Shown: piece after piece, positions 53,075 through 63,790 of the stretch | Layout of the letters: the number at the start of each line of letters is the position of its first letter | Numbering within the stretch: position 1 is the first letter of the stretch | Source: Octopus sinensis | Taxonomy: Eukaryota | NCBI RefSeq assembly: GCF_006345805.1 | Contig: NC_043005.1 | Coordinates: 91,140,001-91,204,000, forward strand | DNA: 64,000 nt | Direction of reading: 5' to 3' | Position numbers and translations under genes: made by a program | Notes under the pieces: generated by a model | What the model saw: the letters and a program-made list of their open reading frames with translations, nothing else | The model's database searches: none | What the model was told of the DNA's origin: nothing

Positions 53075-53821
53075 AACAACAAACAAGATGAGGACAAATA
53101 TCCGTCAAATGTAAATAATGTAAACAACAAGTAATACGATAAACACTGCATACAATGTCCATGTATAAAAATTGCTACAAGATTTACTCTTGTACTGGTT
53201 TCATCATTGTATTGCGACCATACTGGGACATAGGCTAGAAAAAGTCGTTTAGTTTTTTTTATAATTCGTGTTACTTGCCAATCAGTATTAGGTTAAAATA
53301 GCAGAGTACTCGAGTTAACGCGACTTGTAAACGTTACCAAATCCCAAAACCTATAAAATTATAAGCGGTCACCAAATTCATTAAAACATAAAGAATTTAT
53401 AAACACTAGACAGACGTAGCAAAGAAAAACTTAATAAAAATATCGCGTGTCTAAGTCAACGAATTAAAGTAATGTATTCAGTAAAACTGTTGTATGATGA
53501 TTAGCTGCGTTTTGTTTGAAATGAAATGCAACCAAAAAGTGAATTCTTCTAGAATTTCTTTGACTCTGATTAAAATAGAAGCTTCAAGTTTCTTTTCTGC
53601 AATTAAAAAAATGGAATTCTGGTGTGTAATAACTAAACTTTAGGAAAAGGAATACTGGTGTGCACTAGCTGAAATATTTTGTGTCAGGCGATCCACCGCT
53701 GTTGTGAATGGAACCTTGTTTTTAACACAGAAGTTTCTTTAAAATATTTCTCCGAGACAAAATATTGCAAAAGGTGTTGTTCCATGTTCGTGTATCTATG
53801 ATACAAGTTATCGGCACTAAA

Positions 53822-53884
53822 GGCGGCGAGCTGGCAGAAACGTTAGCTGGCCGGGCGAAATGCGTAGCCGTATTTCGTCTGTCG
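53822..53884 (+). mobile_element. 5' half of SINE family A split by the Tx1 insertion
   Basis: GGCGGCGAGCTGGCAGAAACGTTAGCTGGCCGGGCGAAATGCGTAGCCGTATTTCGTCTGTCG; the SINE resumes at 59272. Confidence 0.92.
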
Positions 53885-54048
53885 CACATGTGTTCGTGAA
53901 GTAAGAATTGCTGTTTCGTGGTGTTAATATTGTTAACAACTGTTGTTTCTTGTTAAACTGTTGAATAACTTAACTGTTGGAGTTTTCAATTGAAAACACT
54001 TAGTGCTTGTGGTAGCACGTGTTGTTCATTCCCCCTTTGGGGGGAAGA

Positions 54049-55608
54049 ATGTCGTCTAGCATGGAGCCTACCGTTGGAGCAGAAATACTTGTTTCTCCTG
54101 TTGAGAGGAGGAAATACATGTCCGGCGAGGAGCCAACTACAGACAAGGAAATAGGGGTTTCCCCCGCTACAAGAAGGAATAGCAGAGAGGATAATATATT
54201 TGATATTTTTGGAGATGTGTCTGAGAGCTCGTCAGAACTTTCACCAGAAGAGTTTCCGACTTTGCCAGAGAATAGCAAACAGCATTGTAGTAAAAATATA
54301 AAATGACAATTGGGTATATTAAATCTACAAGAGAACAAAGGCATTGTGTCGAAGAGAATAATTGATGTGCCTAGCATCCAGATAGAACCAAAAAATGGAA
54401 AAAAAAGTTTTGCGTTGGCTGCTGGGGGTGGAACCCAGATACTGTCGACGAATAAAAGCGAAATTATGAAATACAGCAAAATGATGGAAATAACTGACAA
54501 CGGTGTGAAAATTGAACCTCCGCAAAAGTTATTACAGGAAGAAAAGCAAAAAACAATAATTTTCAAAACATATTGTCTACAAAAAAGAAAAATTGAAAGA
54601 ATGTCAGAAGAGAAAATAGAAAAGTGCTTAAAGCCAATATTGGGCGACGTAGTATTTCTGAGAAGAGGAAAAAAATTCGGAACGGTGGAAGTAAGGTTCA
54701 CCAATAAAGAAATAGCACACAAGAACTCAGTTGAAACGTTGAAAACGAACGACGTGGAGTTAATACCCTATTATATGGGGATGAGGACGTCGCGAATAAA
54801 AATTACAAGGGTCCCGCCAGAGGTCGAACCTATGTGGTTGTTGGCGGCAGTCCTAATCAAAGAGGTAGAAAAAATTACTCTCCTCCAGGCTACCGCTACG
54901 GAAAACCCACGCTGGGATGGTCAAACAATTAATCTTCTCATTCAAGCGGACCCTAAAATAATTCAAACAATTCCTGAGACAATTGAGGTAGGGGAGGAGA
55001 ACCTCGTGGTGTTTGTTGAGGGCCGAAAACCTCGATGTTTTTTATGTGGTCAATTAGGCCACATTCGAAGGAACTGCAAGGAAAATGAAGAAGAGGAGGA
55101 AGAGGAGAAAAAAGACAAAGAGGAAGAAGATAAAGAAGAAACAGATGAGAAAAAAACAACAAACAAAAGAAAAATACAACCAGCAACCCAGCCGAGAGCG
55201 GCGACTACTACAGAACAACGACCAAAAAAGACTGCCAGAAGAGAAAAAGAAGAAAAAGGCATAATAGCCGTATACACTAAAGATACTGAGCTCATGAGAG
55301 ACATTCAACTCATAAAGACTGTAAAAAAAATTGATAACCTTTCAGAGGAATTTATCAATTACGACATATATGAAGTCTCAAATAAGACTTATAGAATTCT
55401 ACAAAATAAGTACAGAAAGACTGTATCTTCATTGAGATTAGATTTTAACAAGTCGATATTTCATGGATTACCAGCTCCGATCCCGCGAGAAAAGGAAAAG
55501 GTGGAGATTCCCCCTCCACCTGATAATTCTGTGTCGGTGGTGAGACGGGATTTTGACAAATCTATTTCCCAAGACCGTCCACCTCCGACCCTGGATCAAA
55601 AATCCTAA
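54049..55608 (+). CDS. Tx1-type ORF1 (gag-like, RRM-like region + CCHC zinc knuckle) with one in-frame TGA at 54304-54306
   Basis: ORFs 54019-54306 and 54310-55608 are in the same frame; CFLCGQLGHIRRNC (CX2CX4HX4C) is followed by an E/K-rich linker. Confidence 0.88.
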
Positions 55609-55623
55609 TTAAACAGGTAAGTG

Positions 55624-58600
55624 ATGGCTATTCACATTGGTTGTTTAAATGTTCATGGCCTGTTGTCAAGCTGGAAGCAAGGACGCTTTCTGAATGACAT
55701 CAGGTCGAGAAATTTGGATGTAATTGTTGCAACGGAAACCCGGGTGAAGGGGCCAAGAGATCTGCTCCCCCTCCTGAACGGCTACGAGAAATACGTTTCT
55801 CCGAGTCGGGCGGGAGGTGGGGGTGGGGTGTTGGTCCTACTAAAAAGAAACCGGGTAGCCGAGAAAAAGTTGGTTTTTTCTGACCCAGAAGGCAGGCTGG
55901 TCGTTCTCGACTTGACATTCAGTTGTGGCAAGACAATCAGGCTGGTCGCTATTTATGCACCAAACATTATTGGCCCGCAAACTGAATATTTTCGTGGCCT
56001 AGGAAAGTTCCTAGCCACGTCGCATTCACTAGTAGTGTTAGGAGACTCTAATACAATATGTGCAGCACACACAGATTGTTTTGGCTCAAACTCGAACATG
56101 AACAGAAAATGTAACCCAGGCTTTCGGGATCTGCTAAGTCAATTTCAGCTAGCAGATCCATATAGGTTGGAGCACCCGAACACTCCACAGTGGACGTGGT
56201 CAAATAGTGACGGGTCTACCAGAACATATCTAGATAGGATTTTAATTAGAGAAAAAGATAAGTCCATAGTTGAGTGTCCACAGTTTTTTCTAGTCAGCTA
56301 CAGTGACCACAAGATGGTTACCTGTAAACTGACGGTAGATAAGTTGCATAGACAGGGATCTGGCTACTGGAAACTCAATACGTCCCTTTTGGCGATTGAG
56401 GAGTACAGAAAGCGGATCAAGATGTTAATACAGAGGGCATTAACAGGTACCATCATTAATAACAAATGGTGGTACGCCCTAAAAAGAGCCATCAAATATG
56501 AGTCTATTATGTTTAGCATAAGTTTAGCTAAGAAGGGACGTAAAATAGGAGATGGTCTAGTTAAGGAACTAGAAGAAGCCTGGAGGACTAGTAATACAGA
56601 CCAAGCGAGGGTGAAAAGACTGGAGTTAAACCAGCATCTTGAAGCCCACCACATGGGAAGTATTACCAGAGCTAAGTTACGTGCAATGGGAAGTGAAGGA
56701 ATCAAAGCCGCTGGATGGGCCCGAGTGGTGGAAGCTCGGCAAGGAAATAGTTCCTCTATTCGGTCTTTGACGAATCAAAATGGTGTCTTGATAAACGAAC
56801 CCGAGAAAATGTGTGAGGTCTTTCGGGAGTACTTCGCCCAGCTGTTCGGGGGTGACGGCGGTCCTGGTGGTGGGAGAGCCCTCGAGGACTTTCTTACCGG
56901 GCTGCCGTGCCTCTCGGGGTCGGATGCGGAGTCTTGCGAAGGGCCAATCACACCTGAGGAGGTGATGGAGGCTTTGGCCGATTGTAAAGCGGGTAAGTCA
57001 CCGGGACTTGATGGTCTTCCGTACGAGCTGTATAAATGTATGCCAGACTTGTTCGGGCAACTACTGACTGACGTGTACGCGAACTGGAAACAGAATGGGT
57101 TTATCCCCAGATCTGTGCGCCGGGGAGTAGTGACGTTGGTCAGAAAGGACCCGGACAAGGGGGACGTTCTAGAGAATTTCAGGCCCATCACTCTGTTAAA
57201 CGCAGAAGTGAAGATTTTGGCCAAGGTTCTAGCAAAAAGGTTGGCGCGTGTCGCGAATGGTATAGTCGGGGAGGCACAGACATGTGCCATCCCAGGCAGA
57301 ACCATTCAGGATACCCTCCATCTTATTCGCTATACCATAGAGAGGTTTGGTAATAAATCTGGCAAAGGTGGGGCATTGGTGCATTTGGACCAGTCTAAAG
57401 CTTTTGATAGGGTTGACCATCGATACCTAGCGACTGTACTTGCGCGGTTTGGCCTGGGCCTTGGCTTCCTCGGGTGGTTTATCGCTTTGTACTACAACAT
57501 TGACTCGATAGTTCGGGTGAACGGTTTCCTTTCGAAGCCGTTCTGCATCAGACGCTCGGTTCGTCAAGGATGTCCGCTTTCACCACTTTTGTATGTGATG
57601 GCTCTCGAGCCATTACTGCAAAGGTTGAGTGGCATCCCGAGAGAACCAGGACTAGAGGAGTTTGTTACGGCTTTCGCGGATGATATCACTATCAGTGTAA
57701 CAACAGTGGCACGCCTACGTGAAGTAGGTAAGACTATTGAGGCTTACGAGGAGGTAGCAGGAGCAAAGATTAACCGGGAAAAGTCGGTCGGCTTGCAGCT
57801 CGGCACCTGGGTTGGCAAGTCGATGCCTTCAGACAGTGCTGTTAGGCGCTGGACGGAGGGACCGGTTAAGTTGCTGGGAGTCTGGTTTGGACCAGGCCTC
57901 CAGATAGAGAAGAACTGGACGGAGGTATTGAGCAGGGTGGCTGCAGTAGTCAAGACCTGGTCTTGGCGGTGGCTATCCCTGAAAGGGAGGGCGGAAGTGG
58001 CCAATGTGTTTATCGCATCGGTCATTACCTACCGCCTGACCGTCGTGCCCTGTCCGGATTCGTGGTTGATCAGGTTGGAGAGACAGCTCTTTCGCTTTTT
58101 GTGGAAGGGCAGGTCGCCACTTGTGAAACGCTCTGTCTGCTGTCAAAAGCCTTTAAATGGGGGTTTAGGGATGCCTTGGTTAATGATGCGCAGACATGCG
58201 TTGAGGTTGAGGCACCTCTGGATTCTCCTGGATAGTGAACGGGTGTGGTCTCCGCTGGCCAGACAAATGTTCCCTGAGTTCAAGAGTTTTTGCGAACAGG
58301 AAGCCTGGTGTTCTCGTAGACCGAGGTCGAGTGAGTGGCATAAAGAGTGCCGTAAGGCCCTCTTGCTGTTCCGGCGCTCGGGCAACGCCAGCGGTGGAGG
58401 TTCCACACAGATTTTATATAGTGGGTTGGTAGAGTCTGAATGCGACGATGGCCTGGGGTCGACTCTAGGTCTCGGATTTATTCAACTGGACAGCTTGTTT
58501 CATCGTACATTCGGGTTGAGAACGTTGGACAACGTCCAAAAGTCCTTAACCTGGCAATGCTACAGATGTGCCTTGCCCGTTTGGGATAAGCTCGCAAGAC

Positions 58601-59024
58601 ATGGTAAACGTCAGTCGCCGACCTGTCCAAGATGCGGGGGGGACAGGGAAACCGTCCCTCACGCTATTGTTCAGTGTCCGGAGATAACTGAAATGTGGGC
58701 TTATGCTGAACATCTGTTGTCCGGCGAAGGAAGAGTACGGCTGTCGACTGAGTCAATTATAAAAATTGACCCACCGGGAGTTCTAACGAACGAAGGTAAG
58801 AATTGTTTTCTCACGGTTGTAGCAATAGCAAAAGAGGCTGTATGGAAGACTAGGATAAAAGGAATTAAGACAGGCAACTTTATCTCTGGTGACAATTTAC
58901 GATCCTTTTTTCTTTTCATTTGAAAAGGAAACTGTGGCTGGAGAAGAGGTGTCTGTCAGAGTGTACGTTCCAAAAGAGATGGAAGTATGTTGCACGAGTG
59001 TTGTGCGTGCAAGGAACCGTGTGA
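55624..59024 (+). CDS. Tx1-type ORF2: APE endonuclease, reverse transcriptase, C-terminal CCHC; frameshift near 58915
   Basis: LNVHGL, ATET, LGDSN, YLDRIL, SDH (APE); NFRPITLLN, DQSKAFDRV, VRQGCPLSPLLY, FADD (RT); CPRC..ETVPHAIVQC. The open frame ends at 58923, but the -1 frame continues HLKRKLWLEKR...RWKYVARV to TGA at 59022-59024, matching the paralogue at 29200-29325. Confidence 0.95.
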
Positions 59025-59271
59025 ATAGACGAGGAAAAAAAAAAAAAGGAAAAATAAAAAGGTATCAGCGGTAGATCGGGGCTTGTGGGATCGGAGCTTA
59101 ACTTGATCATCGCTTCATTTGTATTGTTTTTGTACCGTGTATTCCATTCGATTTTTATGTATTGTATTTTATTTTTGATGTCACATTTATGTAAAATCAT
59201 ATCGATTCACTGATCCCATCAGTTGTACTGTCCATATCTATGTTTGGCCCCCGGTGGGCAATAAATAAATT

Positions 59272-59672
59272 CGTATTTCGTCTGCTGTTACGTTCTGAGT
59301 TCAAATTCTGCCGAGGTCGACTTTGCCTTTCATCCTTCCGAGGTCGATTAAATAAGTACCAGTTACGCACTGGGGTCGATATTATCGACTTAATCCGTTT
59401 GTCTGTCCTTGTTTGTCCCCTCTGTGTTTAGCCCCTTGTGGGTAGTAAAGAAATAAGAAACGTTAGCACGCCGGGCGAAATGTCTAGCGGTATTTCGTCT
59501 GCCGCTACGTTCTGAGCTCAAATTCCGCCGAGGTCGACTTTGCCTTTCATCCTTTCGGGGTCGATTGAATAAGTACCAGTTACGCACTGGGGTCGTTATA
59601 ATCGACTTAATCTGTGTGTCTGTCCTTGTTTGTCCTCTCTGTGTTTAGCCCCTTGTGGGTAGTAAAGAAATA
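59272..59672 (+). mobile_element. 3' half of the split SINE A plus a second, 5'-clipped SINE A unit (dimer)
   Basis: The first unit ends GGGTAGTAAAGAAATAAG at about 59456; the second starts AAACGTTAGCACGCCGGG and ends GTAAAGAAATA at 59672. Confidence 0.9.
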
Positions 59673-59719
59673 GATACAGGTTATCGACACCGGTATGCTA
59701 ATTGAAGACTATCTCAAGT

Positions 59720-60240
59720 ACGGGTGTCGAATAAAGTGAAGAAAATGATATTCCAGAATGTAACGGTAACCAGGAAACATTGAAAACTAGTTATTATTAG
59801 ATATACAGGTTCGAAAATCGAACAAGACTTCACAATGTTCGTGTAACTGATGACATTTTAAATGCAGAAAAAGTGCAACAGAAAAATATCAGAATGTTTG
59901 TGAATCTTCACAATCGAAGAAAGGGGTTATGAAGAGAAACACAACTTTGAATCAACATCGTGCACACGAAGAATCGGAAATCAATAAATCGATGAAAAGG
60001 AACAACAAATGAAAGAAATTGCAGTAAACAAAAATTGATGCGATATTTTAAGTACATGAAAAGTCCAAGCAATTAATAATGGATATAGACCTTAACATTG
60101 AACGACGCATACAAATTCAGCCAGACATGGACGAAAAGCTTCGCTGCTACAGGCAGATACATTCAAAGAAAGAGAAAGAGAAAAGTGCAGTTCAGATGAC
60201 ATTGGATAAATATTATTCAAAGAAATAATTCGTAACTCGT
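59720..60240 (+). pseudogene. Possible Tigger/pogo C-terminal relic
   Basis: EKEKSAVQMTLDKYYSKK* resembles the Q.TLD.FF terminus of Tigger transposases. Confidence 0.35.
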
Positions 60241-60295
60241 ATTTCCACCTCTTTTTTATGTATGCTACATTAAAGGATGGTGAGTCTAATAAACT

Positions 60296-61420
60296 ATTGA
60301 ATGCCGCACTTGCCCTTACCTCTCCAACACCACCCTCCTCACTGGCACCCATCATCGACCCTATCGCATCATCAACTCCTTCACCTGCACCTCCAGCAAT
60401 ATTATCTATTGCATCTCTTGCTCTCTCTGCCATTCCCTGTACATCGGACAAACGGGACGCCGCTTGGCTGACCGGTTCGTGGAACACCTCCGTAACATCC
60501 GCCTTGCGAACGACACACCGGTCTCACGCCATTTCCGCTCCACCGGTCACTCCTTGCAACACCTGTCTGTGTTCGGTTTGTCCTTGCACAGAGGCCATCC
60601 GGATTCCCGTTTGCGCCGTGAACAGGAATTAATCTTCTCTCTTCGCTCTTATACGCCATTTGGTCTCAACTCTCCCCCCTCCTCATCTAACCTCTCCCCC
60701 CGACCCCTACTTCTCTTCAGTCCTTCATCCTTTCACCCCTACTCCTCTTCCTTTCTTCCCTCTTTCTCCCTCCCTCCTTCTTCCCTCTTCCCCTTCCCTC
60801 TTTCTCTCTGCTCCCTCACTCCCCTTCTCTCTCTCTCTCTCCCTCTCCCTCTATCCTCCCTCCTCCTATCCCCTCCTCTTCTCCTCTCCTTCCTTCTCCC
60901 CCTTCCCCCTCCTCTTCTCCCCTTTCCTTCTCTCCTCTTCTCCCCTTTCTTTCTCCCCCCTTACCTCCCCCTCTTCCCTCATCTCCTCTCTACACTACAC
61001 CATACGACTTTACACATCACATCATATATACATACACACGTCCAGACCTCTCATACGCATTAATACTCTTTCATACACACACACACACACACTCTTCTCA
61101 TACACACACACACACTCTTATGTTGGAGCGAGGTCATTTAACCCTATTATCTCCCCTAATTTCGCTCTTGCGTCTCACGTTTGATCTTTGACTTCTGGCC
61201 GAAATCAGATCGCCATGTTGATTCGCTAGCCTCTGCACGAATTTTTTTTCTCTCCTTCTTTCTGTGTTTCTTCTCTGTGTATCTTTCTGTTGAAGAGCGT
61301 AGGCTCGAAACGTTAAAGACTTGTTTTATTTATATTTCCTGAGCGCCATACTAATACAATTGTTTGTTTGTATTCCACCTGCCTTCGTCTTTTGTTTATT
61401 TCCGTAAACCTGCCTTCGTC
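60296..61420 (+). mobile_element. 5'-truncated Penelope-like element: intact GIY-YIG domain, CT-rich tract, 3' UTR with hammerhead-like motif
   Basis: Continuous frame from 60302: CRTCPYL...FTCTSSNIIYCISCSLCHSLYIGQTGRRLADRFVEHLR...RHF...RLRREQELIFSLRSYTPFGLN. Confidence 0.9.
61282..61319 (+). ncRNA. Minimal type I hammerhead ribozyme motif of the Penelope 3' region (A6>U variant)
   Basis: TCTTT CTGTTGA A GAGC GTAG GCTC GAAAC GT T AAAGA: perfect 5-bp helix I, 4-bp helix II, palindromic ACGT; one core substitution. Confidence 0.7.
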
Positions 61421-62064
61421 TTTTGTCTATTTTCATAAGCTTTTCACTTCATTACTTTGTTATACGATTTATAAATATATTCGTTAAAAAAACTTTATGA
61501 AAATTTTATGGTTTTGAAACTATTATCATGGTTTCGATTATCTCATCGAATTCATACAAAAATTAACTGATAGTCAAGTGTTTGCGGCAAGCAGATATAC
61601 ATGCATACATACAAACACACACACATACGTAAATATATATACATACATGTGAGAGAGAGAGAGAGAGAAAGAAGTTTTTCAAAGTGACTTGCAACTCCAG
61701 ATTCGCTCCATTATAATCGTCAAGTAGAAGCTGTCTTCTTTTCGTATTCGGACTGGCTTCGTTATACATTGGAGCAAATTATTTTTCTCTTCTATAGCTA
61801 TCATTTTCGTCGGCTGGTTTATGGCTTTATTCAAGTGTTGTCAATGATTGACATAATTCTATCAATCAATTCGTTAGGTCTTAAATTTTCCCATTGACTG
61901 CTGTTCATTTTCTGTATATCGTTTACTGTTGGTCAATTCGGTCATTCTTATTCTATTGCATGATGTTTTCCCAAGCCATGTCGCATTGTTTATTTAAATG
62001 GCGGTTGTTTATCTGCTTGTCGATTGGATCATGCATAATTTGTTTTACTAAAGTTGTCGTATAA

Positions 62065-62330
62065 CCACAAGGTCCAGATCTTGTTGTGGTGCGGTGACTT
62101 GTGGTGTGCCTCAGTGACTATGAGAGTTATGTTGGAATACAAGCTTCTGATAGGGTCTCCCATGCTGGGCAGGTCAAAGGATAGCGGTAAACTGATATGG
62201 TCCACCTCTTCCCAGAGGTAAAAAAGAGCGTGCGTAGGGCCAACACCCCTGCCTTGAAGAAAGTAAAGTTACAGACGCATTGATGACAATTCAAAACCAA
62301 CAAGACCTAGGGAACGAAGGCCTTCCCTCA
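62065..62330 (+). mobile_element. Possible RTE-clade 5'UTR fragment
   Basis: CCCATGCTGGGCAGGTCAAAGGATAG...TGGTCCAC...GGGCCAACACCCCTG resembles RTE 5' leaders as recalled, not aligned. Confidence 0.3.
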
Positions 62331-62699
62331 AGGAAACATATGAAGGTACCCCCACCATACTGGGGGAATGTTCCTGACAGCCCAGAGTCATGAACAGTGG
62401 AGAAAAGTCGTCGATGACTTATGCTCTATAGGGAGCTAAGGGCTTAAATGAAGAATGTTAAGTTATTGTTCTGTCTACTTCAGAAGTTCCTTTTTGTTGT
62501 TGGTACCTGAAGTTGCTAAAGGTGCTTTTTATACACTTTGTGGGATGTTTGCATTTATATTTAATGTCTCTCAGCGATCATTTAGTTCGTGGGTTAATTT
62601 TGATTGCTAAGTTTTATTATTCTGTTGACATCATAGTGCCTGCACTGCTATTCCCGTTGCTGTTACGATATCAGGCGTTTATCCTGTTTGAAGTTGTGA

Positions 62700-63530
62700 C
62701 AGTTTTGGAAAGAATTCATTCTGGTATTTGAAGCGTCATTTCTCCTCCTTTGAAGAACATTTGTTGTGTAATCATGTTTTTCGCTGTACCCAGTAAGCAC
62801 ATTCTGTAATCATTTATGTAAGGTATAACACTGTCTATTATGGCCAAGTTTACCATTATAAGGTTTTCCCTTAACTCCCAAATGAACTTTGATGTAGACG
62901 TTCTTTTACGTAAATGTTGCGAAACACGTTTTTTGTACTGTTTGCAACTAGCTTTAAATATTCCGCTTGTTTTCGCACGTTGTTTTTCTACTTGCAATAC
63001 TGTTCTTTGTAGATTACGTCTTTTTAGGCAATTTTACTTAAAGTTGGGAAGTGTTTGGTACTAAATATTTTCAAAGATTTTGTACTTTTGTAATTAAGTT
63101 TACGCCGAAGAAATAGTGATGTTTCATTTTTTTAAAGTTCGTTTGTGTAGCTTTCAGTTTGTAGTCGATTGTGTTTTTGAGCTTACGAACTTTTCGACTT
63201 TTATTGTAGAATGATGATGTTTGTTTGGTCGAATGTTATTTTGTCAGTTGATATTGAAAAGATTCTTTGGTTTGCATTGCTGACTATATTCATTATTATT
63301 TAAGGTGAGTGGTTGGAACTTTTTCTCAATATATAGCAGCATAGCATTTCTTTCCATTTTCTGTATGGGCAGTTTTCCTGTTGCTAGGTTTAATGTTATT
63401 CTTCAGAAATATACAATGGATAGGTTGTGTTTAATGCTATTTGATTGAGTAAACCCTTTGAAACACTTTCAATTGGATATTTTCTAAATGTGTCAAATTT
63501 GTATCCGTCCATATTTTTGGAGATTACTGA
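62700..63530 (-). pseudogene. Degenerate Penelope-like element (same type as 10700-11170), GIY-YIG C-terminal region
   Basis: KKRVSQHL...TSKFIWELRE...IIDSVIPY....CLL matches FK.R..QH...LSKYIWELK...WSII....PY...C.LC; IFLKNNIK relic upstream. Confidence 0.6.
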
Positions 63531-63790
63531 AAGAAGCCCGTCGTATATTTGTGTGAGTGTGTGTGTGTATATATGTTTGTGTGTCAGTGTGTTTGTCCCC
63601 CACCCCCAACATCACTTGACAATCGATGCTGGTGTGTTTATGTCCTCGTAACTTAGCGGTTCAGCAAAAGATACTGATAGAATAAGTACTAGGCTTACAA
63701 AGAATAAGTCCTGGGATCGATTTGCTCGACTAAAGGCGGTGCTCCAGCATGGCCGTACTCAAATGACTGAAACAAATAAAAGAATAAAAG
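63530..63790 (+). mobile_element. SINE family B, 3' portion
   Basis: GAAAGAAGCCCGTCGTATAT...AACTTAGCGGTTCAGCAAAAG...GGCGGTGCTCCAGCATGGCC...GACTGAAACAAATAAAAG. Confidence 0.85.

Larger units (their letters stand above)
52660..53122. mobile_element. Head-to-head inverted pair of a tRNA-headed element with Penelope-type hammerhead-like tails
   Basis: Arms diverge from 52920/52921. The left arm begins with an anticodon-loop-like CTACTAA; both arms have CCCC, a B box GAGTTCGATTC (52940-52951 on +), an (AAT)n spacer and CTGATRGA-GGCWG..CAGCC-GAAAC-GTT. Confidence 0.8.
53885..59271 (+). mobile_element. Apparently full-length L1/Tx1-clade non-LTR retrotransposon (about 5.39 kb)
   Basis: 5'UTR, ORF1, ORF2, and a 3'UTR ending AATAAATAAATT. 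TSD CGTATTTCGTCTG at 53869-53881 and 59272-59284 (13 bp exact, 16 bp with two C/T differences). Confidence 0.95.

Noticed and set aside
54000-54722. 240-aa minus-strand ORF
   Set aside because: Antisense to the A-rich Tx1 ORF1; explained by base composition.
60681-61063. Pro/Leu/Ser/Phe-rich extension of ORF 60464-61063
   Set aside because: CT microsatellite translation after the natural GLN end of the GIY-YIG domain.
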